64,000 nt of DNA from Caldilineaceae bacterium. GTDB taxonomy: Bacteria > Chloroflexota > Anaerolineae > Caldilineales > Caldilineaceae. The notes beneath the pieces are model-generated. The model searched no databases and had not been told where the DNA came from. It saw only the letters and a program-made list of their open reading frames with translations. Of this stretch, positions 46,696 through 56,119 are shown piece after piece. The position numbers were made by a program, and so were the translations under genes. Each line of letters opens with the position of its first letter. The stretch's first letter is position 1. The DNA lies in the NCBI GenBank assembly GCA_963662575.1, contig OY759723.1, forward strand, positions 2,696,340 through 2,760,339, given 5' to 3'.

Positions 46696-46796
46696 AGACA
46701 GCTGCACTCGCCGCGCTCAGGGTTGCGAATCAGTTGCGGCTGCCTAGCTGTGTTTGGCGTCCAATGTTAGGGCTGATTCCACTTGTGTTAAGGGCT

Positions 46797-47300
46797 CTAC
46801 GTGTTTTCGTCCTCCCCATTGATGGATTTGAGGGCGGTGCTGGCTATGTCTGCCCAGGGGCTGGGCAATTTTTCACTAATCCATTGAATGCGCTTCTGTG
46901 CCCTTTTTTCTTTGAATTCGCCGAGTTGACGCACTACAACCTGGCCCATATCGGGACCTATCGGATAGCGACTCTCGGAGACGTGTTTGAAGAAATTTTC
47001 AAGCAGTTCAAGCAAGTGCAGGCGGATCTCCTCTGTGTCAGGAGAGGCCAGCCACACTTCGCGATCGTTGCCCGACCCACCAGAATGACGTGTTAGCGGC
47101 CCGATCGGAATAGGATCGCGGTTGGGCCTTCGGTGCGGGTGGTTGGCGCAGTAGGTCCAGAAGGGATTCTCGATGGAGACTTGCCTGATTTCGCAGTAGG
47201 GTTCCACATTGCTGTCGTGGGCCCTGTTGTAACCTTTTTCACCGTGGTTCCTGCGGTTGAACCAGCAGGTTCCACAGCAGTCTGAGCCGCCATTGGGCAT
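46797..47300 (-). CDS. Hypothetical Cys/His-rich small protein (possible Zn-binding N-terminal domain)
   Basis: MPNGGSDCCGTCWFN...YCEIR...YCANHPH. ATG at 47300. Locally lower GC. Lies directly downstream of the lipoprotein gene. Confidence 0.5.
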   Translation of the reverse strand: MPNGGSDCCGTCWFNRRNHGEKGYNRAHDSNVEPYCEIRQVSIENPFWTYCANHPHRRPNRDPIPIGPLTRHSGGSGNDREVWLASPDTEEIRLHLLELLENFFKHVSESRYPIGPDMGQVVVRQLGEFKEKRAQKRIQWISEKLPSPWADIASTALKSINGEDENT

Positions 47301-47398
47301 GGTAAACAGTCCTTTTCGGGGGGTACAAAAAGAGGCGAAAGCGCCAGATGTTCCGCTTTCGCCTCTAAACAAAGGCAATGGAATTGCTGAGAGGACAA

Positions 47399-49879
47399 CT
47401 ATTCCTGCGTAAACTCCGCGGTCACGTCCAGTTGGGCGCCCACTATCAGCGGCAGGAGGTCCTCTGTGAACAGTGCGTTGACATTCGGGTCCGCAAGTGC
47501 GTTAGTGATGTCTTCCGGGAGGAAAGGCGCCGCCAAGTCCAAAGTGCGGAGGATCGAAGGTGAATCATAGTGAATGGTGAGGAGGACAACCTCGTCGGCC
47601 ACGACATTCAACTGGTTGGAGGATGATGTCAACACCAACTCCGAAACCTGCAGGCCATCGTAGAGAATGGAGGAGATATTGCCAGGCAGGGCGGGCAGGT
47701 TCACACCATACTCTTGCAGTTCACTTGCGGCCATTCCGGCGACAGACGTGATTTCCGAACGATCCAGCGTGAGACCGAGCGCAAGCACGGGGCGGTGTTC
47801 GGCGTCAATGTCGGGCGGCTCCATTCGCACTGCGGTTACATCGAAGGCGGGCGGCACGTCTACAGATGCCGCGCCATCGGCAGGCGGGATCGAGAGAGCG
47901 ACGCCGATATCGGTCTTTTTGAGGAACTCAATGCCTACGCCAAGTACGCCGGGCGGGATAGGGATGAGTTCAGTCACGACCTGCTGGAGTGTCTCCATGG
48001 ACTGATCGGTCCAAGAGATGACGGGGAGGTGCCCTCCATTCGAGGCCAGATAGAGACTGGCGTCGATTATGTTGAGATCGAGGCGCTGGATGCCGAGGGC
48101 CTGCATGTCGATGATGAATTGCGGCTGCAGTATTGACTGACTGCCCAGGGGGATGCCCATTACGGCAAGGGCTCCGTCCGCCTTTACTTCAACAGGCAGT
48201 GAGGAGAGTTTTGTTTCGGGCGCTTCCTGCCCTGCCAAGGCAAGCTGTACATCGACGCCGTTAGAGATAACGGGAGGCAGGTGCGGCAGGTACTCGCTAA
48301 TGGTGCCGATAAAGGCGATATCGTCCGAAAGCGAGGAGATGACGACCACGAGGCGATTCAGCGCGGCTTCGTCGTATTGCAATGTCAGGAGGCTGCCGGA
48401 GTCACCTGAGAGTTCAATAGCACCTGCTGATGTCGTCAACTGGAGGGAGTCCGCCCCGACGCCGCTGACAATGTCCATTACAAGCGGGGGCAAACTTACA
48501 GGCGGCAGCAGTCCGACCAGGTCGGCGAGTGAGATGCCGAGTGCGGACATTACATAGCCGTCTCTGTCAATGGCGGCGCCGATTTTCAAGGCCGGTTCCA
48601 TTGCTTCGGGCGCGGCTGCGAAGTTGGGAGCGGCCACGTCGTATTCTTCGCTAAAGGTCAATCCGTCCAGCGCGGGCAGATCCAATGACAGGCCGACGCT
48701 TGTTGTTGCGAGCAGACTGCGTAATAGGGTAAGGCCGACGTCCACCATGCCGGGAGCTACGCCGAGAAGTTCAACAGCAACCTCCCCGATCGTGTCCAGC
48801 GACGAATCGGTCCAGAGAATGGAGGGCAATGGCTCCTGATTGAGCGCCAGGTAGAGGCCGTCGGCCTGGATGCTCAGGTCCAGCTTCTGTACGTTCAAAT
48901 TACCCAAGAGGTCGAGCACATTCGAGGGCAAAAGTGCGGCTGCTCCCAAAGGAATGCCCCAGACGCCCATCGAACCATCTTCGCCGACACTTACGGGAAT
49001 GGTTGGCAGCAGGGTCTCCGCGGCCGGTTCACCGGTAAAGGAGACGATGACGTCAAGGTCGGCGCCGGGCAGTTTGGGCAGGACTTCGGCGATCATGCCG
49101 CCCATTGATGGGTCGACGAAGGCGCTGACGATGGGCAGGAGGTTGTTCAGGCGTCGGGTATCGTAAGCGAGACCCGGCAGGTCGGTGCTGTCAAGTGCGA
49201 GATCGATGCCGTTGGGCTGGGTGGCGAGGGAGAATTGCTCAACGCCCACTGCCGACAAAATCTGAAGGGCCATGGGCGGCAGTTCCACGCCAAGGGATGC
49301 GCCCAGAGCCTGCTCGATTTCCGCCATGGGGATACCTTCGAACGACGCTTTGCCGTCTGCATCGAAGGCAAGACTGCCAAACTGGAGCGGGCCGATGGTC
49401 GTCTCCGACGCTGACGCAGTCCTGACCAACTCTTCGCCCGTCCAGCGGGGAATGTTGTCGCCGGCCGTGGGCAGAATGATGATTGCGCCGAGGCCTATCT
49501 GTCGCAACCCGGACAAAGCGGAAGCTCCTTGCTCGGCACCGGGGACATTGGCCAGGATTTCTGTCAGCAATTCTGCCGATTCGTCACTCCACTTCAGATA
49601 GGGAAGAGGCTCTCCATCCGCGTAAAGAAATATGCCGTGGTAGCCGACACGAGCTTCGAGAACATCGACACCGGCAAGAGCGAACTGATCCAACATCGGT
49701 TGTTGCAGAATAGCTTCGATCGGGAAGCCGAGTACAGTGCCATTGCCATTGGCATCAATTCTGATCGGAACGGACGGGAGGTTGAGCAGCGTAGAGCCGC
49801 CGTCACCACCGCCATTACAGGCGCCCAGAATCAGAATGAAGGCCAGGATAAGAATAATTTTGCGGAGTAAGGCCGGCAC
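47399..49879 (-). CDS. Large hypothetical lipoprotein built from three ~260-aa internal repeats
   Basis: Signal plus lipobox ILGAC. The repeated block (E/G)xLP..(W)(S/T)D.S.(E/D).(L/I) occurs near aa 97, 356 and 623. GTG start with GGAGG 8 nt upstream. Confidence 0.8.
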   Translation of the reverse strand: MPALLRKIILILAFILILGACNGGGDGGSTLLNLPSVPIRIDANGNGTVLGFPIEAILQQPMLDQFALAGVDVLEARVGYHGIFLYADGEPLPYLKWSDESAELLTEILANVPGAEQGASALSGLRQIGLGAIIILPTAGDNIPRWTGEELVRTASASETTIGPLQFGSLAFDADGKASFEGIPMAEIEQALGASLGVELPPMALQILSAVGVEQFSLATQPNGIDLALDSTDLPGLAYDTRRLNNLLPIVSAFVDPSMGGMIAEVLPKLPGADLDVIVSFTGEPAAETLLPTIPVSVGEDGSMGVWGIPLGAAALLPSNVLDLLGNLNVQKLDLSIQADGLYLALNQEPLPSILWTDSSLDTIGEVAVELLGVAPGMVDVGLTLLRSLLATTSVGLSLDLPALDGLTFSEEYDVAAPNFAAAPEAMEPALKIGAAIDRDGYVMSALGISLADLVGLLPPVSLPPLVMDIVSGVGADSLQLTTSAGAIELSGDSGSLLTLQYDEAALNRLVVVISSLSDDIAFIGTISEYLPHLPPVISNGVDVQLALAGQEAPETKLSSLPVEVKADGALAVMGIPLGSQSILQPQFIIDMQALGIQRLDLNIIDASLYLASNGGHLPVISWTDQSMETLQQVVTELIPIPPGVLGVGIEFLKKTDIGVALSIPPADGAASVDVPPAFDVTAVRMEPPDIDAEHRPVLALGLTLDRSEITSVAGMAASELQEYGVNLPALPGNISSILYDGLQVSELVLTSSSNQLNVVADEVVLLTIHYDSPSILRTLDLAAPFLPEDITNALADPNVNALFTEDLLPLIVGAQLDVTAEFTQE

Positions 49880-49968
49880 GAGCCGCCTCCTTATGGGTGC
49901 GTAACAATGATAAGCAGATAAAATGCGGCAGCACGCCGCGGACGCGTCAACCGATCACGGTTGGCATT

Positions 49969-49997
49969 GTTATATCACGATTCATTCGGAATGACAA
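49969..49997 (-). promoter_or_regulatory. Sigma70-like promoter candidate (TTGTCA-N17-TATAAC) about 85 nt upstream of the lipoprotein gene
   Basis: Read directly in an AT-richer 444-nt spacer. Confidence 0.35.
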
Positions 49998-50323
49998 TGC
50001 CGAGAGTTTATCTCTGGTCAACTTTGAACAGACGATGCGCTTGTACTTCCTGGCGGCCCCTCGCTGGACTGGTCGAGATAGACGACCGCCAAGCTCTTTG
50101 GGCACCTTCCAGATTACTATACATCTTACAATAGGAAACAGAGAGACACAAAACCGGTATTTAGGATACTGAAATTCGTTCTGACCATATAGAGTAGAGG
50201 AAGCGTATGAAATTAGTCGATCTGTTAATTCCCGTTCCACTGTTTATTGGGTCCGAAGCGGGCCCACTGTGTGATGAGTCGAGGGACAGAGCGTATCGCT
50301 CAACGGATCACAACTCTATCGCC

Positions 50324-52084
50324 TCACTTCGCCTCAAGCCCTCCAGTGCGGGCGCGCAGGGCGGACAGCATGGCATCCTGTTCGTTCCAGGGGTACTCCG
50401 TCTCGCCGTAGCACATGCTGCGTTCATGGCCCTTGCCAAAGGAGGCGACCACGTCACCTGCGCGGGCCATATTCGCGCCGAAGCGAATCGCCTCGGTGCG
50501 GTCCGGGACTATGGCAAAGCGGGGCGCGAGGAACTCGGCATGGGTACGGGAGGGCTGCTCGATATTTTCGACTTGCCTGCTTGTCTGCATGCTCTTCTCT
50601 GCAGCGGAGCCGGCGATAACTTCCTGTACGCCGGCTGCAATTTCCTGGTTTATGTCCGCCAGGTCTTCTGTGCGAGGATCCTCGGCGGTGATGATTGTGA
50701 AATCGGCGAGCCGCCCGCTGACCTGGCCCATGAGCCGGCGTTTGCCCTTGTCGCGCAGACCGGCGCAGCCGAAGATAGCGATCAGCCTGCCCCCATCCCT
50801 GTCTTCGCCGGCAGCTACCAGTGGGCGCAGCGTCTCCAGTGCCCGTTCCAGACTGGCGGGGGAGTGGGCGAAGTCGACGACGGCCAGAAAATCCTGGCCG
50901 GCATTCATGCGTTGCATTCGTCCTAAGACAGACGAAAGGGAGGCAACCCCGTTGCGGATCTGTTGGGGCGGGATGCCCAGCCCAAGAGTTACGGCAGCTG
51001 CGCACAGTATGTTGGACACATTGAACTCGCCGATTAGCCGGGTCTCCATCGGAATGCGACCGCCCCGCCAGACCAGATCAAAACGGGTGGCGGCGGGCAG
51101 ATACTCGATGTTACGGGCGTGCACGTCGGCGTTGGGGTCGGTTACGCTATAGGTATATAACGTCACGCCATCCACTTCAGTGCGCGCTTGTTCTGCGGCC
51201 AACGCTGCACGTAAGGGCTGGCAGCTGTTGTCGTCCAGGTTGAAGACGGCGATACGGGGCACGCCCGGTTTGGGCGCGGAGTGGAACAGACTGCGGAAGA
51301 GCAGGAACTTTGCTGCCTGGTAGGCTTCGAAAGAGCCGTGAATGTCCAGGTGCTCGTGGGTGATGTTGGTCAGGGCGGCGACATCGTAGTCGACCGCTGC
51401 CACGCGTTTCTGGTCGAGGCCGAAGCTGGTGCTTTCGATAATTGCATATTGGCAGCCCTCTGAAAGCATCTGGGCCAGAAATGCCTGCACTGTCGGCGCG
51501 TCCGGCGTGGTCACGTGCAGCCCGGTTTCCTGATCGACGCCGGCGATGCGGGCGCCGACGGTGGTGATGACGCCGACGGCGGCGGAGCGGCTGAGAATCG
51601 CCTCCAGGATCGAGCAGGTTGTGGTCTTACCGTCGGTGCCTGTCACTCCTATGACTGTATGGGCGCGGCTGGGAAAGTCATGGAACGCGGCACTGAGCCA
51701 AGCGAGGGCTTCGCGGCTGTCGGTCACCTGGACATAGGGTAGGCCTGCATCCTGCGGCCACCAGCCCTGTTCTTTCAGCCAGGCGAGCGGATGGCTGCCA
51801 ACGACAGCGGCGGCGCCGGCGGAAACAGAATGGGGAATAAAGCGATGACCGTCGAGTTGCAGGCCCGGTACCGCTACGAAAAGCGTATCGGGGCCGACTT
51901 CGCGGCTGTTGTCGGTGATGCGGCGCACGGCAACGGCAGGCGCAGGTGCAACGCCGGGAAGGCGGAGTCTGTGCGGGAGTCGCGCTAGCAGGGTTGCCAG
52001 CGGTCGTTCACCGTCATTTACGTGTGTGGATACTCGGGCGGCCTCGGTAGCTGACTGTTCCGCCTTCGGGGCGTCCGCCGTCAT
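50324..52084 (-). CDS. murE: UDP-N-acetylmuramoyl-L-alanyl-D-glutamate--diamino acid ligase MurE (amino-acid specificity not assignable)
   Basis: [15 protein letters not shown]...[26 protein letters not shown] at 52084 overlaps the upstream stop as ATGA; the longer ORF start at 52174 was rejected. Confidence 0.9.
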   Translation of the reverse strand: MTADAPKAEQSATEAARVSTHVNDGERPLATLLARLPHRLRLPGVAPAPAVAVRRITDNSREVGPDTLFVAVPGLQLDGHRFIPHSVSAGAAAVVGSHPLAWLKEQGWWPQDAGLPYVQVTDSREALAWLSAAFHDFPSRAHTVIGVTGTDGKTTTCSILEAILSRSAAVGVITTVGARIAGVDQETGLHVTTPDAPTVQAFLAQMLSEGCQYAIIESTSFGLDQKRVAAVDYDVAALTNITHEHLDIHGSFEAYQAAKFLLFRSLFHSAPKPGVPRIAVFNLDDNSCQPLRAALAAEQARTEVDGVTLYTYSVTDPNADVHARNIEYLPAATRFDLVWRGGRIPMETRLIGEFNVSNILCAAAVTLGLGIPPQQIRNGVASLSSVLGRMQRMNAGQDFLAVVDFAHSPASLERALETLRPLVAAGEDRDGGRLIAIFGCAGLRDKGKRRLMGQVSGRLADFTIITAEDPRTEDLADINQEIAAGVQEVIAGSAAEKSMQTSRQVENIEQPSRTHAEFLAPRFAIVPDRTEAIRFGANMARAGDVVASFGKGHERSMCYGETEYPWNEQDAMLSALRARTGGLEAK

Positions 52085-53871
52085 AGCTCGTCGGTTCCGG
52101 AGTTTCCGTCGCGCGCCACCGAGACTCCGGCGACCAGAAGCAGCAGGAAGAAGACCGCCGCGCCCCCAACCCAAATCGGCGGTATCCGGGTGAGGCTATC
52201 GTTGACATTTCCGGAACTGACAGCGGTGGAGGTCGAAGTCGGCGGTGGTTGCTCTCCGTCGTCGCTCGCGGTAGGCGTGCTGGTTGGCATGTCGTCGGTC
52301 GCGGGAGGAGATTGCAGAGTTGCGGTACCGGAAGCCGGCGGAATTGGTGTCGCGGTCGGCGTATCCGTTGCCGTTGGCGTATGGGTAGGCGCATTAGGAT
52401 CCGGCGTCGGGGTCGGCGTACATGCGACAGTTGGCGTAGCGATTGGCGCATTGGGATTCGGCGTTGCGGTCGGTGTGCCTGTGACTGTTGGCGTCGCGGT
52501 CAGCGTATTGGGATCCGGCGTCGCGGTCGACGTTCCTGTGACTGTTGGCGTCGCGTGAGGTGCGTGGGTATCGTGCATGGCGGAAAGCGTACATTCGTCC
52601 GTTGGCGTCGCGGTTGGCGCGTTGGGATCGTGGGTCGGGGTGGCGGTTGGCGTACTGGTGGGCACACTGGGATCGTGCGTGGCGGTGACGGTTGGCGTCT
52701 CGGTAGGAAGCGTCGTTGCAGTTGCGGTCGGTGAAACTGAAGGGGTGGAGGTTGGAGCCCTGGGCAACTCGGCCGGATCCAAAGGTGTAATTTGCGCCGA
52801 CGAAAGGAAGGAGAAGCCGCTGTCGAGGGTACGCAGCACGCCGTCCTGCTCGGTGCCGGCGTAGGTGACGCCGACGAAGGTGGACGAGGAAGCCAGACGG
52901 AAAACGGGATTGGTATAGGCGGCGCCATTGACGGACACGCGCGTCCAGTCCGGTACACCTTCGGCCCACAGACCGACATTGGTGCCGACGACGACTTCCT
53001 GGCCACTGACGGTCAGGTCGTAGATGACGACACCGGCGGGGAAGGAGGGATCCTGCAGCCAGTTGTAGCCGTCATCGCTCAGGTACAGGCCGGAGGCGAA
53101 GGTGCCTACATATAAGCGGCCATTCAGCATTGTCATGCCGCGGGCGATGATGCCTGGAGGCAAGTTTACCCGTTCCCAACTGACGGCTGATGGCGTCAGG
53201 CGCCAGACGCCGTCATGTGTGCCGGCATAGAGGGCACCGTCTTTATTTGCAAAGGCGCGCACGCGCAGGGCGCTCCCGGTCAGGCCTTCGCCGTACCACT
53301 CCCAGTTCAGGCCGCCGTCAAAGCTGCGAACTACACCGTCAAAGCGGGTGCCAGCGTAGAAGACGGTCTGTCCGTCCTCGACGCGGGTGAATAGGCGGCC
53401 AACGCCGCTGCTGGGGGTGAGTACCTGGTTGATCGAAGGTTCTTGCCGCCAGGTCAGGCCCCCGTCCTCACTAATGAACAGATGGCCGACACCGCCGTCC
53501 GCGGCCAAGACCCGGTTCCCATCCTGCGGATCGAAACGAATTGAAGCGACAGAGGTGTCGGCAGGCAGGTCCACGCTGGCGCGGCTCCAGGTGTGGCCGC
53601 CGTCGGTGCTACGGTAGATTGCGGCCGGCACGGGCACGTTGAGTGTGCCGGCAACGACGATACTGGGATCATCGGGGGATACGTCGAGGCCGATGATGCT
53701 GTTGGAGAAAGGCACAAAGCCGGACTGGGCGAAGATCTGACCGCTGGCAGGGGCAATCAGAACTGCAAGTATGGCAAGAATCAGCCACAGTCGGTGTGAA
53801 GTCAGGGGAATCGTGAATTTGGTTGCTGGGCGGTGTTTGCCGCGCAGTTTTTGCTGGTGGCCAGCGTGCAT
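52081..53871 (-). CDS. Secreted/anchored BNR (Ycf48/sortilin-like) beta-propeller protein with a Thr/Pro-rich repeat linker and a C-terminal TM anchor
   Basis: N-terminal hydrophobic signal; BNR-like [16 protein letters not shown] and SFDGGLNW; ~180-aa PTxTPT repeats; C-terminal [21 protein letters not shown]. Confidence 0.8.
   Translation of the reverse strand: MHAGHQQKLRGKHRPATKFTIPLTSHRLWLILAILAVLIAPASGQIFAQSGFVPFSNSIIGLDVSPDDPSIVVAGTLNVPVPAAIYRSTDGGHTWSRASVDLPADTSVASIRFDPQDGNRVLAADGGVGHLFISEDGGLTWRQEPSINQVLTPSSGVGRLFTRVEDGQTVFYAGTRFDGVVRSFDGGLNWEWYGEGLTGSALRVRAFANKDGALYAGTHDGVWRLTPSAVSWERVNLPPGIIARGMTMLNGRLYVGTFASGLYLSDDGYNWLQDPSFPAGVVIYDLTVSGQEVVVGTNVGLWAEGVPDWTRVSVNGAAYTNPVFRLASSSTFVGVTYAGTEQDGVLRTLDSGFSFLSSAQITPLDPAELPRAPTSTPSVSPTATATTLPTETPTVTATHDPSVPTSTPTATPTHDPNAPTATPTDECTLSAMHDTHAPHATPTVTGTSTATPDPNTLTATPTVTGTPTATPNPNAPIATPTVACTPTPTPDPNAPTHTPTATDTPTATPIPPASGTATLQSPPATDDMPTSTPTASDDGEQPPPTSTSTAVSSGNVNDSLTRIPPIWVGGAAVFFLLLLVAGVSVARDGNSGTDEL
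52206..52749 (-). repeat. In-frame degenerate tandem repeats encoding the Thr/Pro-rich linker (approximate bounds)
   Basis: Repeated [20 protein letters not shown] peptides and the corresponding repetitive DNA. Confidence 0.7.
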
Positions 53872-53909
53872 AGGCCCTCCCGAAAGGGCGTTGGAGAGGT
53901 GGTGAGGAA

Positions 53910-53937
53910 ATTATACGACAGACAAACTATAGCACAA
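53910..53937 (-). promoter_or_regulatory. Sigma70-like promoter candidate (TTGTGC-N16-TATAAT) about 35 nt upstream of the BNR/TP-rich gene
   Basis: Perfect -10 hexamer read directly. Confidence 0.4.
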
Positions 53938-54030
53938 AAGCTTTCTTTCTTGCTGTAGGTGTGTATCTTGTGTGCGTTCAGTATGTGGGGATATATATTG
54001 ATTGTTGGTAAGGCGGCTGGCGGGTTCGTT

Positions 54031-54353
54031 ACTGCAACTGCAACTGCAACTGCAACTGCAACTGCAACCCCTTTTGTCCACGGAGGGCCACGAAGGGCCA
54101 CGAAGGGCCACGAAGGGCCACGAAGAACTGCAACTGCAGAACTGCAACGGCAATATTTTTTATGTGCGGAGGGACGTGGAGGGTCACGGAGAACTGCTAC
54201 TGCAAGACCCTTTGTCCGCGGAGGGCCGCGGAGGGCCGCGGAGAACTGCAACTGCAGAAGGGCGACTGCAGAAGGGCAACGGCAACATTTTTGTCTGCGG
54301 AGGGCGGCGGCGAATTGCAACTGCAAGAGGTTTTGGCCACGAAGGGCCACGAA
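54031..54353 (+). repeat. Compound short-tandem-repeat array of five modules, each (A)ACTGC(A) hexamer repeats + a T-rich spacer + CG(G/A)AGGGCC(A/G) decamer repeats
   Basis: (ACTGCA)x6 perfect at 54031-54066 and (CGAAGGGCCA)x4.5 at 54081-54125. Degenerate reiterations continue to 54353. Confidence 0.9.
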
Positions 54354-54626
54354 GAATACTATTTGTTGTTCACGTAGGGCCAGGAAGGACTTTGGTTGCG
54401 GGCGCGGCAGATGAAAGGATTGGAATGGGGGAATCAGGCGGGAACGGTCCGCTTCTGACGGCAGGCGTCTTGTCTTGCTGAACTGTTTTGTCGAGATGTC
54501 AGCGGCTCCTGGTTATTCCCTTCGCATTTGATGAGTCTCCTTTTCTGAAACTTGAGATACTGGGGCTCGTTTGAGGATTAGTGACTTTGGGATGCACGCT
54601 GGGTTTCCGCTTCCAGCTGGTATTGG

Positions 54627-54655
54627 TTGACACACCCAATCTGGCTCAATATACT
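54627..54655 (+). promoter_or_regulatory. Near-consensus sigma70-like promoter (TTGACA-N17-TATACT) about 200 nt upstream of the ribokinase gene
   Basis: Read directly. Confidence 0.45.
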
Positions 54656-54860
54656 CAATTTCAAGAATGTGATTTTCCCGGTATCGAGGTCGCGTTATCC
54701 GGTGGCGGTGGGAAACGGGTCGGTTTTCGACTGTGCGTCAGAGCAATGATCGTCAATGCGGGAGATGGCGAGCTGTACAGATTGTCGGATACAGCCAAGC
54801 CCGGCCGAGTCGCACTGGCTGCTGCAAAAGAGAGTACATATAAGAGGGGATGGCTGTACT

Positions 54861-55769
54861 ATGACCAAGCCTGTAATCACTGTTGTGGGCAGCTTTGCGG
54901 TGGGTATGACGCTGCGGACGCAGCGGATGCCGGTCTTTGGCGAGACGCTGGTCGGGTCAGACTTTGATATGGGGCCGGGCGGGAAAGGCTCTAATCAGGC
55001 TGTCGGCGTAGCAAGGCTGGGCGCGCTGGCTTACTTCGCCGGCATTATTGGCGTGGACAGATTGGGCGAGGTGGCGACCGACCTCTACGACCGCGAGGGC
55101 GTCGATACGACCTGGCTGCAGCGGACAACGGCGATGGCTACGGGCGTCGGCTTTATCATTCTGAACGCTGAGGGCGAGAACGGCATCATCCTCGACATGG
55201 GCGCGAATGCGTTGATGGACAGCGCATACGTTGATCAGGTCGAGGGGCAGATTGCGCGTAGTGATGTGGTGATGTCGGTGCTGGAAATACCGGTGGCGGC
55301 GGCGGCACGGGCGATGGAATTGGGTAAGAAGCATGGGGTGCGCACGATTCTCAATCCTGCGCCGGCCACTGCGCTCGATGGGAGAGTCTTGCAAGATGTA
55401 GACTACCTGACTCCGAACGAGACCGAGCTGCGCATCCTGCTGGGGCTTGCGCCGGATGATCCCACTGATTCGGTTGAACTGGCGCGGCAACTGCGGGCGC
55501 GAGGGGTCGGCAACTTGATCGTGACGATGGGAGAGAAGGGCGCGCTGGTCCTGACGGAGGACGGGCAGGAGGAGGTGGCGGGCGTTGCGGTCGATGTTGT
55601 CGATACAACCGGCGCCGGGGACGCTTTCAATGCCGGTCTGGCGGTCGCGCTGGCTGAAGGCAAAAGCCTGGCGGAGGCGGTTGCTTTCGCCAACCGCTGC
55701 GGGGCGATTGCCTGTCAGAAATTGGGCGTGATCCCAGGACTGGCGGTACGGTCGATGGTTGGGGGATAG
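54861..55769 (+). CDS. rbsK: Ribokinase (PfkB family carbohydrate kinase)
   Basis: GPGGKGSNQAVGVARLG and DTTGAGDAFNAG motifs. ATG at 54861 follows AAGAGGGGA; the longer ORF start at 54756 was rejected. Confidence 0.85.
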   Translation: MTKPVITVVGSFAVGMTLRTQRMPVFGETLVGSDFDMGPGGKGSNQAVGVARLGALAYFAGIIGVDRLGEVATDLYDREGVDTTWLQRTTAMATGVGFIILNAEGENGIILDMGANALMDSAYVDQVEGQIARSDVVMSVLEIPVAAAARAMELGKKHGVRTILNPAPATALDGRVLQDVDYLTPNETELRILLGLAPDDPTDSVELARQLRARGVGNLIVTMGEKGALVLTEDGQEEVAGVAVDVVDTTGAGDAFNAGLAVALAEGKSLAEAVAFANRCGAIACQKLGVIPGLAVRSMVGG

Positions 55770-55784
55770 CTTTTAGATTCTGGT

Positions 55785-56035
55785 TAACTACTAAGCCGCA
55801 AGCAGAGCCTGTTTTGACCAACCCTTGATCCCCGCCGCGGTTCAGGCTCTCTCATCGTGTATTTGCTGGCATCAGCTACTTTGGATGAGGCGCACCGCTG
55901 GAATGACGCCGAACGGTGGGTGAGGGATGGTTTTGGACGGGGCGTTGCGGGGGCGGAGCCCCTGCACAAGGGAGGGCCGAAGGCCCGACCGCCAAAATGC
56001 AAGGTGAGCATATAGAAGAGCAAGTGGAGAGAGAA
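55785..56035. repeat. Copy B of the ~250-nt dispersed repeat
   Basis: Aligns with 46446-46695, with the core at 55926-55999. It starts 16 nt after the rbsK stop and ends about 85 nt from the stop of the convergent gene 56120-57286. Confidence 0.85.
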
Positions 56036-56119
56036 CATCTTTGCTCAATTTAGTCATATTCGTGTAGTGATTGTGGCTGGGAGGTCAGGTTCTTGGTTCG
56101 TCGTTGACAAGAACAGTTG

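Noticed and set aside
46513-46707. Small ORFs on the minus strand of both repeat copies sharing FWRSGLRPSLVQGLRPRNAP (second at 55872-56057)
   Set aside because: Only the segment encoded by the nucleotide-conserved hairpin core is shared and the flanking residues differ completely. There is no RBS. The conservation is better explained at the DNA/RNA level.
54031-54353. Possible CRISPR array
   Set aside because: The repeat units are only 6 and 10 nt, arranged head-to-tail without 25-40-nt unique spacers. There are no cas genes in the window.
54002-54481. ORFs through the tandem-repeat array (LQLQLQLQ..., ATATATAT..., 151-182 aa on both strands)
   Set aside because: The translations are by-products of the DNA repeats and are pure low complexity. 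There is no RBS, and every frame is open because the repeats lack stop codons.
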